NCBI GenBank assembly: GCA_963923905.1 | Contig: CAWUNX010000001.1 | Location: 1-42,370 of the forward strand | DNA: 42,370 nucleotides | Reading direction: 5' to 3' | Source: an uncultured Methylocucumis sp. | GTDB taxonomy: Bacteria > Pseudomonadota > Gammaproteobacteria > Methylococcales > Methylomonadaceae | Shown: one piece after another, positions 18,057 to 27,589 of the stretch | Position numbering within the stretch: the stretch's first letter is position 1 | Layout of the letters: the number at the start of each line of letters is the position of its first letter | Translations under genes and position numbers: made by a program | The notes under the pieces: model-generated | Databases searched by the model: none | Told to the model about the DNA's origin: nothing | The model's input: only the letters and a program-made list of their open reading frames with translations

Positions 18057-18536
18057 ATGCGCATTGCAGACAAAATGGCAGTATCTATACATTACACATT
18101 AACCAATGATGAAGGCGAGGTTATCGATAGTTCAGACGGTAATGAGCCTTTAGTGTATTTGCACGGTTACGGCAATATTATTTCAGGCCTTGAGGCTGCC
18201 TTAGCGGACAAGGCTGTTGGCGACAAATTAAATGTACGGATAGAACCCGAAGACGCGTATGGTCTGTTTTATGAAGACCGAATACAAGTCATTCCACGCG
18301 CGATGTTTGAAGGGGTTAATGAGCTTGCTGTGGGTATGCAGTTTCATGCTGAAGTCAGTTCAGGCCCTGGCGTGGTCACGATTGTCGATATAGACGGTGA
18401 CGATATTACCATCGATGGCAATCATCCGTTGGCAGGTGTACCGTTAACATTTGCGGTAGAAATTATCGACATAAGACCTGCCGCTGATGAAGAGTTGGCG
18501 CACGGGCATATTCATGGTACGGGCTGCCACCACTAA
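18057..18536 (+). CDS. slyD: FKBP-type peptidyl-prolyl isomerase SlyD
   Basis: HYTL, PLVYLHG..NII.GLE.AL, DGNHPLAG, His-rich tail EELAHGHIHG..CHH; AGAGG RBS before ATG 18057. Confidence 0.93.
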   Translation: MRIADKMAVSIHYTLTNDEGEVIDSSDGNEPLVYLHGYGNIISGLEAALADKAVGDKLNVRIEPEDAYGLFYEDRIQVIPRAMFEGVNELAVGMQFHAEVSSGPGVVTIVDIDGDDITIDGNHPLAGVPLTFAVEIIDIRPAADEELAHGHIHGTGCHH

Positions 18537-18547
18537 TGATCTAGCTA

Positions 18548-18577
18548 AGCCGGAACAGGTGCGCTCGTTCCGGTTTT
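18548..18577 (+). terminator. Intrinsic terminator after slyD
   Basis: AGCCGGAAC-loop-GTTCCGG followed by TTTT. Confidence 0.6.
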
Positions 18578-18703
18578 CGGGTTTAGGCAATACGTTTGTT
18601 GGTCGTTGCTAATCCATCATAACGTTACCAACTGCTAATAATCCCCCTTTGTAATAAGCCGCTTCCCTTCCTGTTTTTTTATTAGATTGTTTGCTAGAAA
18701 AAA

Positions 18704-18731
18704 TTGAACAATGATTAATTTATTGTATACT
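18704..18731 (+). promoter_or_regulatory. Putative sigma70 promoter for aas-lplT
   Basis: TTGAAC-N16-TATACT, with an imperfect palindrome ACAATGA-TTAAT-TTATTGT in the spacer. Confidence 0.45.
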
Positions 18732-18773
18732 AGGATTTATTCGTAATCGTTGTTTTTTTTGGTGAGTCATATC

Positions 18774-20918
18774 ATGTTAAAGAAATTTTTATATCATTTA
18801 TTAAAGTTGCTGTATCGGGTTGATGTGGTGGGTTTAGAGCATTATTACCAAGCTGGGTCGCGCGTGTTAATCATTGCTAATCACACGTCGTTTTTAGATG
18901 CGTTGTTATTAGGCGTGTTTTTACCGGATAAGGTGACGTTTGCGATTAATACGCATATTTCTGAGCGTTGGTGGCTAAAGCCATTTTTAGGGTTGTCGCA
19001 AGTGTTTAGAATGGACCCTACGCATCCGTTGTCGCTAAAAGATTTAATTCATCATTTGCAAAAAGACAGTAAAACAGTCATTTTCCCCGAAGGGCGACTG
19101 ACAGAAACCGGCTCGTTAATGAAAATTTATGATGGGCCTGGCTTAGTTGCTGAAAAATCAGGAGCTAAAGTTTTACCAATTCGTTTTGAAGGCACGCAAT
19201 ACAGCCATTTTTCTAAGTTGCGTAATATTGTACGTTTGCGGTTGTTTCCGAAAATTACCATGCATATTTTGCCGCCCGCAACGATTCCTGAGCATAGGGA
19301 ACTAACCGGGAAAAACCGTCGTAAGTTATCAGGCCATATTTTGGCTGACATCATGACCGATATGATGTTTAAGACCAGTCATTATCAGCAAAGTATTTTT
19401 TCTTGTTTATTAGAAGCGCGTGCGATTCACGGCGGAGGTCATGTCATTGCTGAAGACTTAGAACGTAAACCGGTGACTTATGACCAGTTAGTGACGCGTA
19501 CGTTAGCATTAAGTGGTTTGCTTAGTGCGATTACTCAGTCTGGTGAGCATGTCGGAATTATGTTGCCTAATTCGACTAAAACTTTGTATGTGGTGTTGGC
19601 GTTGCAGTATTTAAAGCGTATTCCAGCGATGTTGAATTTTTCAACCGGTGGCGCGGGGATGGTGTCTGCGTGTCAAATCGCGCAAGTGAATACGGTGTTA
19701 ACTTCACGCAAATTTATCGAAATGGCTAAGCTTGAGTCAGAGGCTGAATTATTAAGCCAACAAACGCGTTTAGTGTATTTAGAAGACTTGGCGGCGTCGT
19801 TGACCTGGCAAGATAAGCTTAAGGCGCTATGTTTAGCGAAAACGGCGGATATTTGGCACGACCGTGATACCGATAAGCCCGATGCTCCTGCTGTTGTGTT
19901 ATTTACTTCGGGTTCTGAAGGTTTGCCTAAAGGCGTGGTGTTATCGCATAGCAATGTGTTAGCCAATCATCAGCAAGTCGCGGCAAGAATTAGTTTTACG
20001 CCACAAGATGTGGTGTTGAATTATTTGCCTATGTTTCATTCGTTTGGTTTTACCGTTGCAACGCTGTTGCCGGTTATGGCGGGGATGAAAGTGTTTTTCT
20101 ATCCGACGCCGCTGCATTATGCGGTAATTCCTGAAATTGCCTATGAAATTAGCGCGACAATTTTATTTGGCACGAATACTTTTTTTGCTGCGTATGCGAA
20201 AAAAGCGCATCCGTATGATTTTTATAATGTGCGCTATGTGGTGGCGGGTGCAGAAAAATTGCAGGAAACGACTCGGCAAGTGTGGATGGATAAATTTGGC
20301 ATACGCATTTTAGAAGGCTATGGCGCCACCGAAACAGCCCCGGTTGCGGCTGTTAATACGCCCATGGATTACAAGGCGGGCACGGTTGGACGGCTGTTAC
20401 CGGCAATGGAGCATCATTTAGAGCCGGTTGATGGTATTGAAGGCGCGGGGCGTTTGCACTTACATGGACCGAATATCATGTTAGGGTATTTATTAGCCAG
20501 TGCGCCGGGTGTGTTAGTTCCGGCTGAATCTATCTATGGCAAGGGCTGGTACGATACGGGTGATATTGCGCATATCGACGAAGAAGGCTTTGTCAGTATT
20601 CGTGGGCGCAGTAAACGTTTTGCTAAAGTCGGTGGTGAAATGGTGTCATTAACAGCGGTTGAGCAATTGGCTAGCAAAGCCTGGCCTAACGCTATGCACG
20701 CCGCAGCGAGCTTGGCGGATGCGAAAAAAGGCGAGCAAATTTTCTTATTGACTACGCAGCAAGGTGCGACCTTAGCTGAATTAATAGCGCATAACTCTGG
20801 GGTTGCGTCTATTTTATTACCTAAAAAAATCTTGGTCGTCGCGGCTATTCCGGTATTGGCGAGCGGCAAGATGAATTATCCAGCCATTACGGATTTGGCT
20901 AAACAGTTAACAACCTAA
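18774..20918 (+). CDS. aas: Bifunctional 2-acylglycerophosphoethanolamine acyltransferase / acyl-ACP synthetase
   Basis: PlsC motifs NHTSFLD and FPEGR; AMP-binding FTSGSEGLPKGV, EGYGATE, YDTGD, RSKRFAK; adjacent to lplT. Confidence 0.93.
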   Translation: MLKKFLYHLLKLLYRVDVVGLEHYYQAGSRVLIIANHTSFLDALLLGVFLPDKVTFAINTHISERWWLKPFLGLSQVFRMDPTHPLSLKDLIHHLQKDSKTVIFPEGRLTETGSLMKIYDGPGLVAEKSGAKVLPIRFEGTQYSHFSKLRNIVRLRLFPKITMHILPPATIPEHRELTGKNRRKLSGHILADIMTDMMFKTSHYQQSIFSCLLEARAIHGGGHVIAEDLERKPVTYDQLVTRTLALSGLLSAITQSGEHVGIMLPNSTKTLYVVLALQYLKRIPAMLNFSTGGAGMVSACQIAQVNTVLTSRKFIEMAKLESEAELLSQQTRLVYLEDLAASLTWQDKLKALCLAKTADIWHDRDTDKPDAPAVVLFTSGSEGLPKGVVLSHSNVLANHQQVAARISFTPQDVVLNYLPMFHSFGFTVATLLPVMAGMKVFFYPTPLHYAVIPEIAYEISATILFGTNTFFAAYAKKAHPYDFYNVRYVVAGAEKLQETTRQVWMDKFGIRILEGYGATETAPVAAVNTPMDYKAGTVGRLLPAMEHHLEPVDGIEGAGRLHLHGPNIMLGYLLASAPGVLVPAESIYGKGWYDTGDIAHIDEEGFVSIRGRSKRFAKVGGEMVSLTAVEQLASKAWPNAMHAAASLADAKKGEQIFLLTTQQGATLAELIAHNSGVASILLPKKILVVAAIPVLASGKMNYPAITDLAKQLTT

Positions 20919-20928
20919 TGGTTTAGAT

Positions 20929-22113
20929 ATGAGCAAATTAATTTATCCGTTGTTGGTGGCGCAGTTTTTATCGGCTTTTGCTGATAATGCGTTGTTATTT
21001 AGTGTCATTGCGATTGTGATGAAAGCGGGACATGCAGAAACTTGGTATATTCCAGCGGTACAAAGCGCATTTACTGTGGCTTATGTGATATTAGCACCGT
21101 GGGCGGGTGAAATTGCCGATACTCATGCTAAGCCACGCGTGTTATTAGTCGCTAATTTGATTAAGGCGGTTGGCGCGGTGTTGTTGCTAGTCCATGTCGA
21201 GCCAATTATTGCTTATAGTATCGTTGGCTTAGGCGCTGCGACGTATAACCCGGTGAAATATGGTATTTTGCCAGAACTTGCTGAGCATCATTATTTAGTG
21301 AAAGCGAATAGCCTCATGGAAGGTTCGACGATTTTAGCGATTTTGCTAGGTATGGTGGTCGGTGCCAAAGTTGCCGACTATTCGATACCAATAGCATTAG
21401 GCGGGTGTGCAGTTTTTTATGTTTTATCCGCCGTGTTAACGGTGATGTTACCGGCAGGTAATGTTAGAAAGCCGACTAAAAATGCAAAAATTATCGCGTT
21501 TGCGCGGGAAATTAAGCTGTTTTTCAAAATTAGAGGTTCAACGTTTGCAATTTTAGGCGGTGGTTTATTTTGGTTGGCAGCCGCAACATTACGCGTGATT
21601 TTAATTGCTTGGGCGCCATTGGTGTTGTTGTCAAAAAACGCGACGGAAATCGCAGAGTTGACGTTTTTCTTAGCAATCGGTATTGTGATTGGTTCAGCTA
21701 TTGTGCCACGGTTAATACCACTGGAAAAATTAGCGCGCGCCCGCATTCCTGCGTATATTATGGCGATGTTTATTGTGGGCTTAGGTTTAACCGATAGTCT
21801 ATGGCCTGCGCGTATCGTGCTGTTGTTTATCGGCATGTTGGGTGGTATGTTTATCGTTCCTGTCAATGCACGCTTGCAGGAGTTAGGTAAGCACAGCATA
21901 GGCAGTGGTAGAGCGGTTGCTTTGCAAGGTTTTTTTAATAATATCGGTATGTTGTTAGGCGTAGGTTGTTATAGTCTAGCCGCATCTAAGGGCGTAGATC
22001 CGATAGAAGCCATGATGGCATTAGGTTTTTTAGTTTTGGTAGGCACTTTTAGTGTTTCTATGGGGTTGCGTACCCGCGAACAGGCAAATACACCGCGTCA
22101 TTACGACACATAA
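20929..22113 (+). CDS. lplT: Lysophospholipid transporter LplT (MFS)
   Basis: AQFLSAFADNALL, KYGILPEL, KANSLMEGSTI, VPVNA.LQ..G; follows aas. Confidence 0.92.
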   Translation: MSKLIYPLLVAQFLSAFADNALLFSVIAIVMKAGHAETWYIPAVQSAFTVAYVILAPWAGEIADTHAKPRVLLVANLIKAVGAVLLLVHVEPIIAYSIVGLGAATYNPVKYGILPELAEHHYLVKANSLMEGSTILAILLGMVVGAKVADYSIPIALGGCAVFYVLSAVLTVMLPAGNVRKPTKNAKIIAFAREIKLFFKIRGSTFAILGGGLFWLAAATLRVILIAWAPLVLLSKNATEIAELTFFLAIGIVIGSAIVPRLIPLEKLARARIPAYIMAMFIVGLGLTDSLWPARIVLLFIGMLGGMFIVPVNARLQELGKHSIGSGRAVALQGFFNNIGMLLGVGCYSLAASKGVDPIEAMMALGFLVLVGTFSVSMGLRTREQANTPRHYDT

Positions 22114-22119
22114 ACTTAC

Positions 22120-23097
22120 ATGATTGAAACGACTCTATTCACACCGGCAGAAAGCCAGGTATTAAGCAATTCACCGCTGTTTAAAGGTGTTGATTTAACG
22201 ACTGCGTATCAGTACATGCAGAATTGGTCGATAAAAGAAATTTCGGTGGGGCAAATTCTATTGTCACCCATGAAAGATAATAAGAATCTGCTGATATTGC
22301 TAGAAGGCGAGTGGGTCGTGACGATTTCGGCTACATCCAATCGCCCATTGGCAAGGATATTTCCAGGGCAGTGTGTTGGCGAGTTGTCGATTTTAGATGA
22401 TCAGCGGCCTAGCTCGCATGTTATCGCGACGCAAAACTGCCGATATTTGGCGATACAGCGCGATGAGTTATGGCGTTTTCTATGCGCTTATCCGACAGTT
22501 GCGTTGAATTTACTACGCATTATGGCAACGCGTACGCGCGATAAAAGTGAGTTGCTAGAGTCTAGCTTAGGTTTGCTGCATGAATATCGGGTTCGCGCTG
22601 AGACAGATACCTTAACGGGTTTACACAACCGAAATTGGTTGATGGATATTTTTCCGCAGCAATTAGAGTTATCGACGCGGATAGGTCAGCCTGTCGTGCT
22701 CATGATTATTGATGTCGATTTTTTCAAAAAAGTTAATGACAGCTACGGACATGCTGTAGGTGATCAGGTATTGAAGCATATTGCAATCTTAATGCAAACC
22801 GACATACGAGCGACTGATTTGTTAGCGCGTTATGGTGGGGAAGAGTTTGTTGTCATGATGCCAGCGACATTGTTGGTAGAGGGACAGGCTTCTGCAGAGC
22901 GGCTGCGTAAGCGCATTCAAAAAACGCCTATGCCGATAAGTGATACGGATTCAATTAATCTAACTATTTCAATCCGTTTGAGCGAGTGTTTAACCGGTTG
23001 GACGTTAACGGACTTATTAAACGCCAGTGATCAAGCATTGTACATGGCTAAAAATAATGGGCGTAATCAAGTGGTATGCTGGAAAAACCCTTTTTAG
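22120..23097 (+). CDS. Cyclic-nucleotide-binding-domain diguanylate cyclase (cNMP-GGEEF)
   Basis: PGQCVGELSILD..RPSS.V.A; DTLTGLHNR, DVDFFKKVNDSYGH, RATD I-site, YGGEEF. Confidence 0.9.
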   Translation: MIETTLFTPAESQVLSNSPLFKGVDLTTAYQYMQNWSIKEISVGQILLSPMKDNKNLLILLEGEWVVTISATSNRPLARIFPGQCVGELSILDDQRPSSHVIATQNCRYLAIQRDELWRFLCAYPTVALNLLRIMATRTRDKSELLESSLGLLHEYRVRAETDTLTGLHNRNWLMDIFPQQLELSTRIGQPVVLMIIDVDFFKKVNDSYGHAVGDQVLKHIAILMQTDIRATDLLARYGGEEFVVMMPATLLVEGQASAERLRKRIQKTPMPISDTDSINLTISIRLSECLTGWTLTDLLNASDQALYMAKNNGRNQVVCWKNPF

Positions 23098-23699
23098 CTT
23101 TTGTATTTTTGTCTCCAGCCTAGTAAAAAGCTTCGGGTAAGTAACACGACGGATGCATCAACGTCGTTAATGCCAACTGTTCCTAGGGTGCCGTTCAGCG
23201 ATAACGAACAAACGCCATGAACGCCGGCCCATAATGTGCGGGCTGCTTGGTGTTTTTCATCTTCGTTAGCGTGTTCAGATAAAGCAGTAAATTGTTCTTC
23301 GACGTGTTTGAAAATAGCATCAACTTTAGCTTGATACCACGTTGGTACCTCAGCGTCGTCGGGCAGGCGAAACTCGAAAATTAAGCGCCACCGGTTTAGG
23401 TTATTGTGCGCATAGTGCAAATAGGTTTTTGCGTACAATTCAAGATAGGTTTCCTCATCAGTCAATTTGGCTTGTTTAAGCTGCTCAGCCATTTGATCTA
23501 ACGTCAATGCGTTGATATGCAGCACCAAATCCGCCATGTTTTGAAATACCATATAAATACTACCTACGGTATAACCTATTCTGCCAGCGATTCTGCGCAT
23601 GGTTAAGCCATCAAAGCCGCGTTCAACAACAATTTTTTCCGCTGCTGATAAGACCATTTCTCGGATTTGTTCCTGACTATGTTCGCTTCGTCTAGCCAT
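23094..23699 (-). CDS. TetR/AcrR family regulator (WHG-type C-terminal domain)
   Basis: N-terminal HTH LTMRRIA..IGYTVGSIY..F; LWAGVHG. Confidence 0.92.
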   Translation of the reverse strand: MARRSEHSQEQIREMVLSAAEKIVVERGFDGLTMRRIAGRIGYTVGSIYMVFQNMADLVLHINALTLDQMAEQLKQAKLTDEETYLELYAKTYLHYAHNNLNRWRLIFEFRLPDDAEVPTWYQAKVDAIFKHVEEQFTALSEHANEDEKHQAARTLWAGVHGVCSLSLNGTLGTVGINDVDASVVLLTRSFLLGWRQKYKS

Positions 23700-23791
23700 G
23701 CTTAACGTGCCTTGATAAGAGATGGAGGTATGCGCTGTATTTGTTAGCTAGGTGTATGGACGTAGTTGGTGTTACGGCCAAAGATGGGGAA

Positions 23792-23868
23792 TGGCGAAGC
23801 GGACGGGACTCGAACCCGCGACCACCGGCGTGACAGGCCGGTATTCTAACCAACTGAACTACCGCTCC
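23792..23868 (-). tRNA. tRNA-Asp(GTC)
   Basis: Reverse complement GGAGCGGTAGTTCAGTTGGTTAGAATACCGGCCTGTCACGCCGGTGGTCGCGGGTTCGAGTCCCGTCCGCTTCGCCA: 77 nt, cloverleaf, anticodon GTC, discriminator G, encoded CCA. Confidence 0.97.
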
Positions 23869-23884
23869 GTTTTAGGAATCCCGT

Positions 23885-23912
23885 ATTGTAAAAGGTTTTC
23901 AGGTTTAGTCAA
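23885..23912 (-). promoter_or_regulatory. Stable-RNA-type promoter for tRNA-Asp
   Basis: Minus strand TTGACT-N16-TACAAT, 16 nt upstream of the mature tRNA. Confidence 0.7.
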
Positions 23913-23998
23913 GTTTTTGTTATACAAAAAAACAATAAGGACTTTGACCGCGCCGTTATACAATCCACGCCATTATTAATTCCCAGTCAGTCAATCTT

Positions 23999-26713
23999 AT
24001 GTCTGAAGCCAATAAACAAGTCGTTCTTATTGATGGTTCATCATTTTTATTCAGAGCTTTTCATGCGGTACCGCCGTTAACCAGCCCTAGTGGCGAACCC
24101 ACCAATGCGGTTTATGGTGTGTCGAATATGCTGCGCAAATTATTAGCTGAGTATCAAACCGAGTATTTTGCCGTGGTGTTTGATGCGCCGGGCAAAAACT
24201 TTAGGCATGAGTTATATGCCGAATACAAAGCACATAGACCGCCTATGCCTGATGATTTGCGTGTGCAAATTCAGCCATTGCATGAGTTGATTCAGGCAAT
24301 GGGGCTACCGCTGATTAGCCATGACGGCGTTGAAGCGGATGATGTGTTAGGGTGTTTGGCGATAAAAGCCGCGCAAGCGGGTTTTCAAGTAGTTATTTCC
24401 ACCGGCGATAAAGATATGGCGCAATTAGTTAATGAGCATATCATTTTAGAGAACACCATGTCAGATACGCGCATGGATGTTGCCGGTGTAGTGGCTAAAT
24501 TTGGTGTCAAGCCAGAGCAAATTATTGATTATTTAGCGCTCATTGGCGATAGCGCGGACAATATTCCGGGTGTGTCTAAAGTTGGGCCTAAAACAGCTGC
24601 GAAGTGGTTAGAGCAATACGGCACTATCGACAACTTGCTGGCTCACGCCAACGAGATTAAAGGCAAAATAGGCGATAACCTACGCGCGAGCATGGAGCAA
24701 CTGGCACTATCTCGTCAATTAGCAACAATACAAGTTGATTTGGACTTACCTTGTGCATTAGATGATTTAAAAAAGCAAGCCATCAATACTGTGCGTTTAA
24801 CTGAATTGTTAACCCAATTGGGTTTTTCATCGTGGTTAAAAACCTTAAATCAGGCGTCGTTAGCCACAACACCTGTACAAGCCAGTCTGGTAGAAGATAC
24901 CTTAACGCCAGAGTATGAAACCGTATTAACCCAACAGCAGTTCGATGCTTGGCTACACACGTTAATGCAGGCACCGGTTTTTGCGTTTGATACTGAAACC
25001 ACCAGTTTAGATTACATGACCGCCGAAATCGTTGGTGTTTCGTTTGCTGTGACGCCTGGCAAGGCGGCGTATGTGCCGTTAGCGCATGACTATCCTGGCG
25101 TACCTGAACAACTTAACCGTGAGCAAGTACTCACCGCGCTAAAGCCGTTATTAGAAAGCCTTGAGCACTTAAAGTTAGGGCAAAATCTAAAATACGATTG
25201 CCATGTATTAGCCAATCACGGTATTCAATTACGCGGTATTGCGCACGACACCATGCTCGCCTCTTATGTGTTGAATAGCACGGCTAGTCGGCACAATATG
25301 GATGATTTAGCCAAACATTATCTAGGTATTACCACGATTGCTTATGAATCGGTGGCCGGTAAAGGCGCTAAGCAAATTGGTTTTGCCGAAGTGTCATTAG
25401 AACAAGCAACACCCTATGCGGCAGAAGATGCGGATATTACCTTGCGTTTACATCGTGTCTTACAAGAGAAGTTAAGCCAACAACCTAAATTGCACCAGCT
25501 TTATACCGAGTTAGAAATACCGTTATTAAGCGTACTCGCGAGGATAGAGCGTAACGGCGTTTTAATTGATACCGATATGCTGGCTAAACAAAGCTTAGAA
25601 TTATCTGATCAAATCATTGCCTTAGAGCGACATGCGCACGAGTTGGCCGGGCAAACATTTAACTTAGGCTCGCCTAAGCAAATTCAAGATATTCTTTATG
25701 AGCAACAAAAATTGCCGGTGTTAAAAAAGACGCCTAAAGGTCAACCGTCTACCGATGAATCGGTGTTGCAAGAATTAGCGCTGAACTACCCATTGCCGAA
25801 AGCAATTTTAGAATACCGAGGCTTAAGCAAATTAAAGTCAACCTATGTCGATAAACTACCTCAGCAGGTTGATGTCAAAACCGGGCGTATTCACACCTCT
25901 TATCATCAAGCCGTAGCCGCGACAGGGCGTTTATCGTCGTCAGACCCTAATTTACAAAACATTCCCATTCGTAGCGAAGAAGGCCGGAAAATTCGGCAAG
26001 CGTTTATTGCTCCCATTGGCTATCAATTAGTCGCCGCCGATTACTCGCAAATTGAATTACGCATTATGGCGCATTTATCAGGCGATGCGGGGTTGTTACA
26101 TGCGTTCAGTGCTGGTTTAGATGTGCATAAAGCGACCGCAGCGGAAGTCTTTGGTGTTGAGCCTGAGCGCGTGACGCAAGACTTAAGACGCTCGGCCAAA
26201 GCGATTAATTTTGGTTTGATTTACGGTATGTCGTCTTTTGGCTTAGCTCAACAACTTGGCATCACTAGAGCGCAAGCACAAAGCTATATCGACATGTATT
26301 TTGATCGTTACCCGGGAGTTAAACAGTATATGGATACTACGCGAGAGCTGGCGCGTACCCAAGGCTATGTCGAAACCGTATTTGGACGGCGCTTATACTT
26401 GCCGGATATTAACGCTAAAAATGCCGCATTACGCCAATATGCTGAACGCACCGCTATTAACGCGCCGATGCAAGGCACGGCGGCTGACATTATTAAGCGT
26501 GCCATGTTAGCGTGTGACTATTGGCTAACCTCGACTCAACCTGACGTCAAAATGATTATGCAAGTGCACGATGAGTTAGTTTTTGAAGTCGCCGAGTCGG
26601 CATTAGACACAAGCATTGCAACGATTCGAGAGCTGATGAGTTCTGCTGCAGTATTATCAGTGCCGTTGTTAGTTGATATAGGCGTAGGGGCGAATTGGGA
26701 GCAGGCACATTAA
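23999..26713 (+). CDS. polA: DNA polymerase I
   Basis: 5'-3' exonuclease (LIDGSS, EADD), 3'-5' exonuclease (FDTETT), polymerase motifs ADYSQIELR, RRSAKAINFGLIYG, QVHDEL. Confidence 0.99.
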   Translation: MSEANKQVVLIDGSSFLFRAFHAVPPLTSPSGEPTNAVYGVSNMLRKLLAEYQTEYFAVVFDAPGKNFRHELYAEYKAHRPPMPDDLRVQIQPLHELIQAMGLPLISHDGVEADDVLGCLAIKAAQAGFQVVISTGDKDMAQLVNEHIILENTMSDTRMDVAGVVAKFGVKPEQIIDYLALIGDSADNIPGVSKVGPKTAAKWLEQYGTIDNLLAHANEIKGKIGDNLRASMEQLALSRQLATIQVDLDLPCALDDLKKQAINTVRLTELLTQLGFSSWLKTLNQASLATTPVQASLVEDTLTPEYETVLTQQQFDAWLHTLMQAPVFAFDTETTSLDYMTAEIVGVSFAVTPGKAAYVPLAHDYPGVPEQLNREQVLTALKPLLESLEHLKLGQNLKYDCHVLANHGIQLRGIAHDTMLASYVLNSTASRHNMDDLAKHYLGITTIAYESVAGKGAKQIGFAEVSLEQATPYAAEDADITLRLHRVLQEKLSQQPKLHQLYTELEIPLLSVLARIERNGVLIDTDMLAKQSLELSDQIIALERHAHELAGQTFNLGSPKQIQDILYEQQKLPVLKKTPKGQPSTDESVLQELALNYPLPKAILEYRGLSKLKSTYVDKLPQQVDVKTGRIHTSYHQAVAATGRLSSSDPNLQNIPIRSEEGRKIRQAFIAPIGYQLVAADYSQIELRIMAHLSGDAGLLHAFSAGLDVHKATAAEVFGVEPERVTQDLRRSAKAINFGLIYGMSSFGLAQQLGITRAQAQSYIDMYFDRYPGVKQYMDTTRELARTQGYVETVFGRRLYLPDINAKNAALRQYAERTAINAPMQGTAADIIKRAMLACDYWLTSTQPDVKMIMQVHDELVFEVAESALDTSIATIRELMSSAAVLSVPLLVDIGVGANWEQAH

Positions 26714-27051
26714 AAAGAGTTGATATTCACAGCGCGGTCAACGGCTTGTGTGGGGACTAATTCGATGAATTGGCTTTGAATATTGCTTTTGAAATTTTCT
26801 GGAATTTCATTCCAGATTAATAAATCCACTCTGAAAGGCAGGTTGCTCTCTTCTAGTGCTTCTTGCAAGGCAAAGACTTGCGAGCGTTGTGAAGATTTGG
26901 CGAATACTACCAAATCAAGGTCGGAACTGGGGCGGGCGCTACCTTTGACTCGTGAACCAAAGACCCAGACGCCGACATTTGGTAAAAACTGTTGCAGCAA
27001 TTTCAGCAATAGCGAGTGCTGGGCCGGTGTTAGATCTAGTGCTTGCGTCAT
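26710..27051 (-). CDS. Minimal nucleotidyltransferase (MNT) antitoxin-like
   Basis: FGSRVKGSARPSSDLDL (GSx10DxD) and LEESNLPFRVDL; 4-nt overlap with the upstream HEPN gene. Confidence 0.9.
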   Translation of the reverse strand: MTQALDLTPAQHSLLLKLLQQFLPNVGVWVFGSRVKGSARPSSDLDLVVFAKSSQRSQVFALQEALEESNLPFRVDLLIWNEIPENFKSNIQSQFIELVPTQAVDRAVNINSF

Positions 27052-27470
27052 GACCCTGATTGTCCGGTCAGCGTTTGGTATAACGCGGTGGCATCGGTAA
27101 TAAAATTGGCCATCAGCGCTAAAGCAATTTTGGCTTTCTCGCCATCATAATCATGGGCTGTTTGAATCCGTGCATCGGCGTACTGTAACCATCGTTCGGT
27201 AGGCACTTGAAACAAGCGGTTTTCTGCGGCGATACGGAAAATGGGTTTAGGGCTGTTCGGCACATCAGGCAGTCCCAAAGCTTCAATCAAATAGCGTTTC
27301 AAATGCTTCCAAGCGCAGTCATAGCAGGTCTCGAAACGTTGAATGACTGATTCGGCAATAGCCTCTTTATCTAATTCCAATAAATCATGGCGCTGCTCGC
27401 AACGTTGATAATTGGCAAACTGCAATTGCAATTGGTACAGAGACTTTTCGAGTTTCGAGTAATCGATCAT
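27048..27470 (-). CDS. HEPN-fold nucleotidyltransferase substrate-binding protein (HI0074 family), putative toxin
   Basis: VIQRFETCYDCAWK.LK, SPKPIFR.A, Rx4HxY motif RIQTAHDY. Confidence 0.88.
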   Translation of the reverse strand: MIDYSKLEKSLYQLQLQFANYQRCEQRHDLLELDKEAIAESVIQRFETCYDCAWKHLKRYLIEALGLPDVPNSPKPIFRIAAENRLFQVPTERWLQYADARIQTAHDYDGEKAKIALALMANFITDATALYQTLTGQSGS

Positions 27471-27540
27471 GGTAGGCTATTTACAACGATGCATAGCTCC
27501 GACAGTTGCTAGGCCATTGAAGCGAGAAAAACACAGTTTT

Positions 27541-27577
27541 TACCGGCAAAACCTAGTAAGACTAGATTTTGCCGGTA
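27541..27577 (-). terminator. Terminator-like hairpin downstream of the DUF2582-like gene
   Basis: TACCGGCAAAACCTAGT-AAG-ACTAGATTTTGCCGGTA (16/17 complementary). Confidence 0.55.
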
Positions 27578-27589
27578 GATTATTAAGTC

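Noticed and set aside
23700-23868. tRNA-Asp as an integration site for an island
   Set aside because: No integrase nearby and no duplicate of the tRNA 3' end seen in the window.
23752-23979. 75-aa ORF
   Set aside because: Antisense shadow of tRNA-Asp and its promoter.
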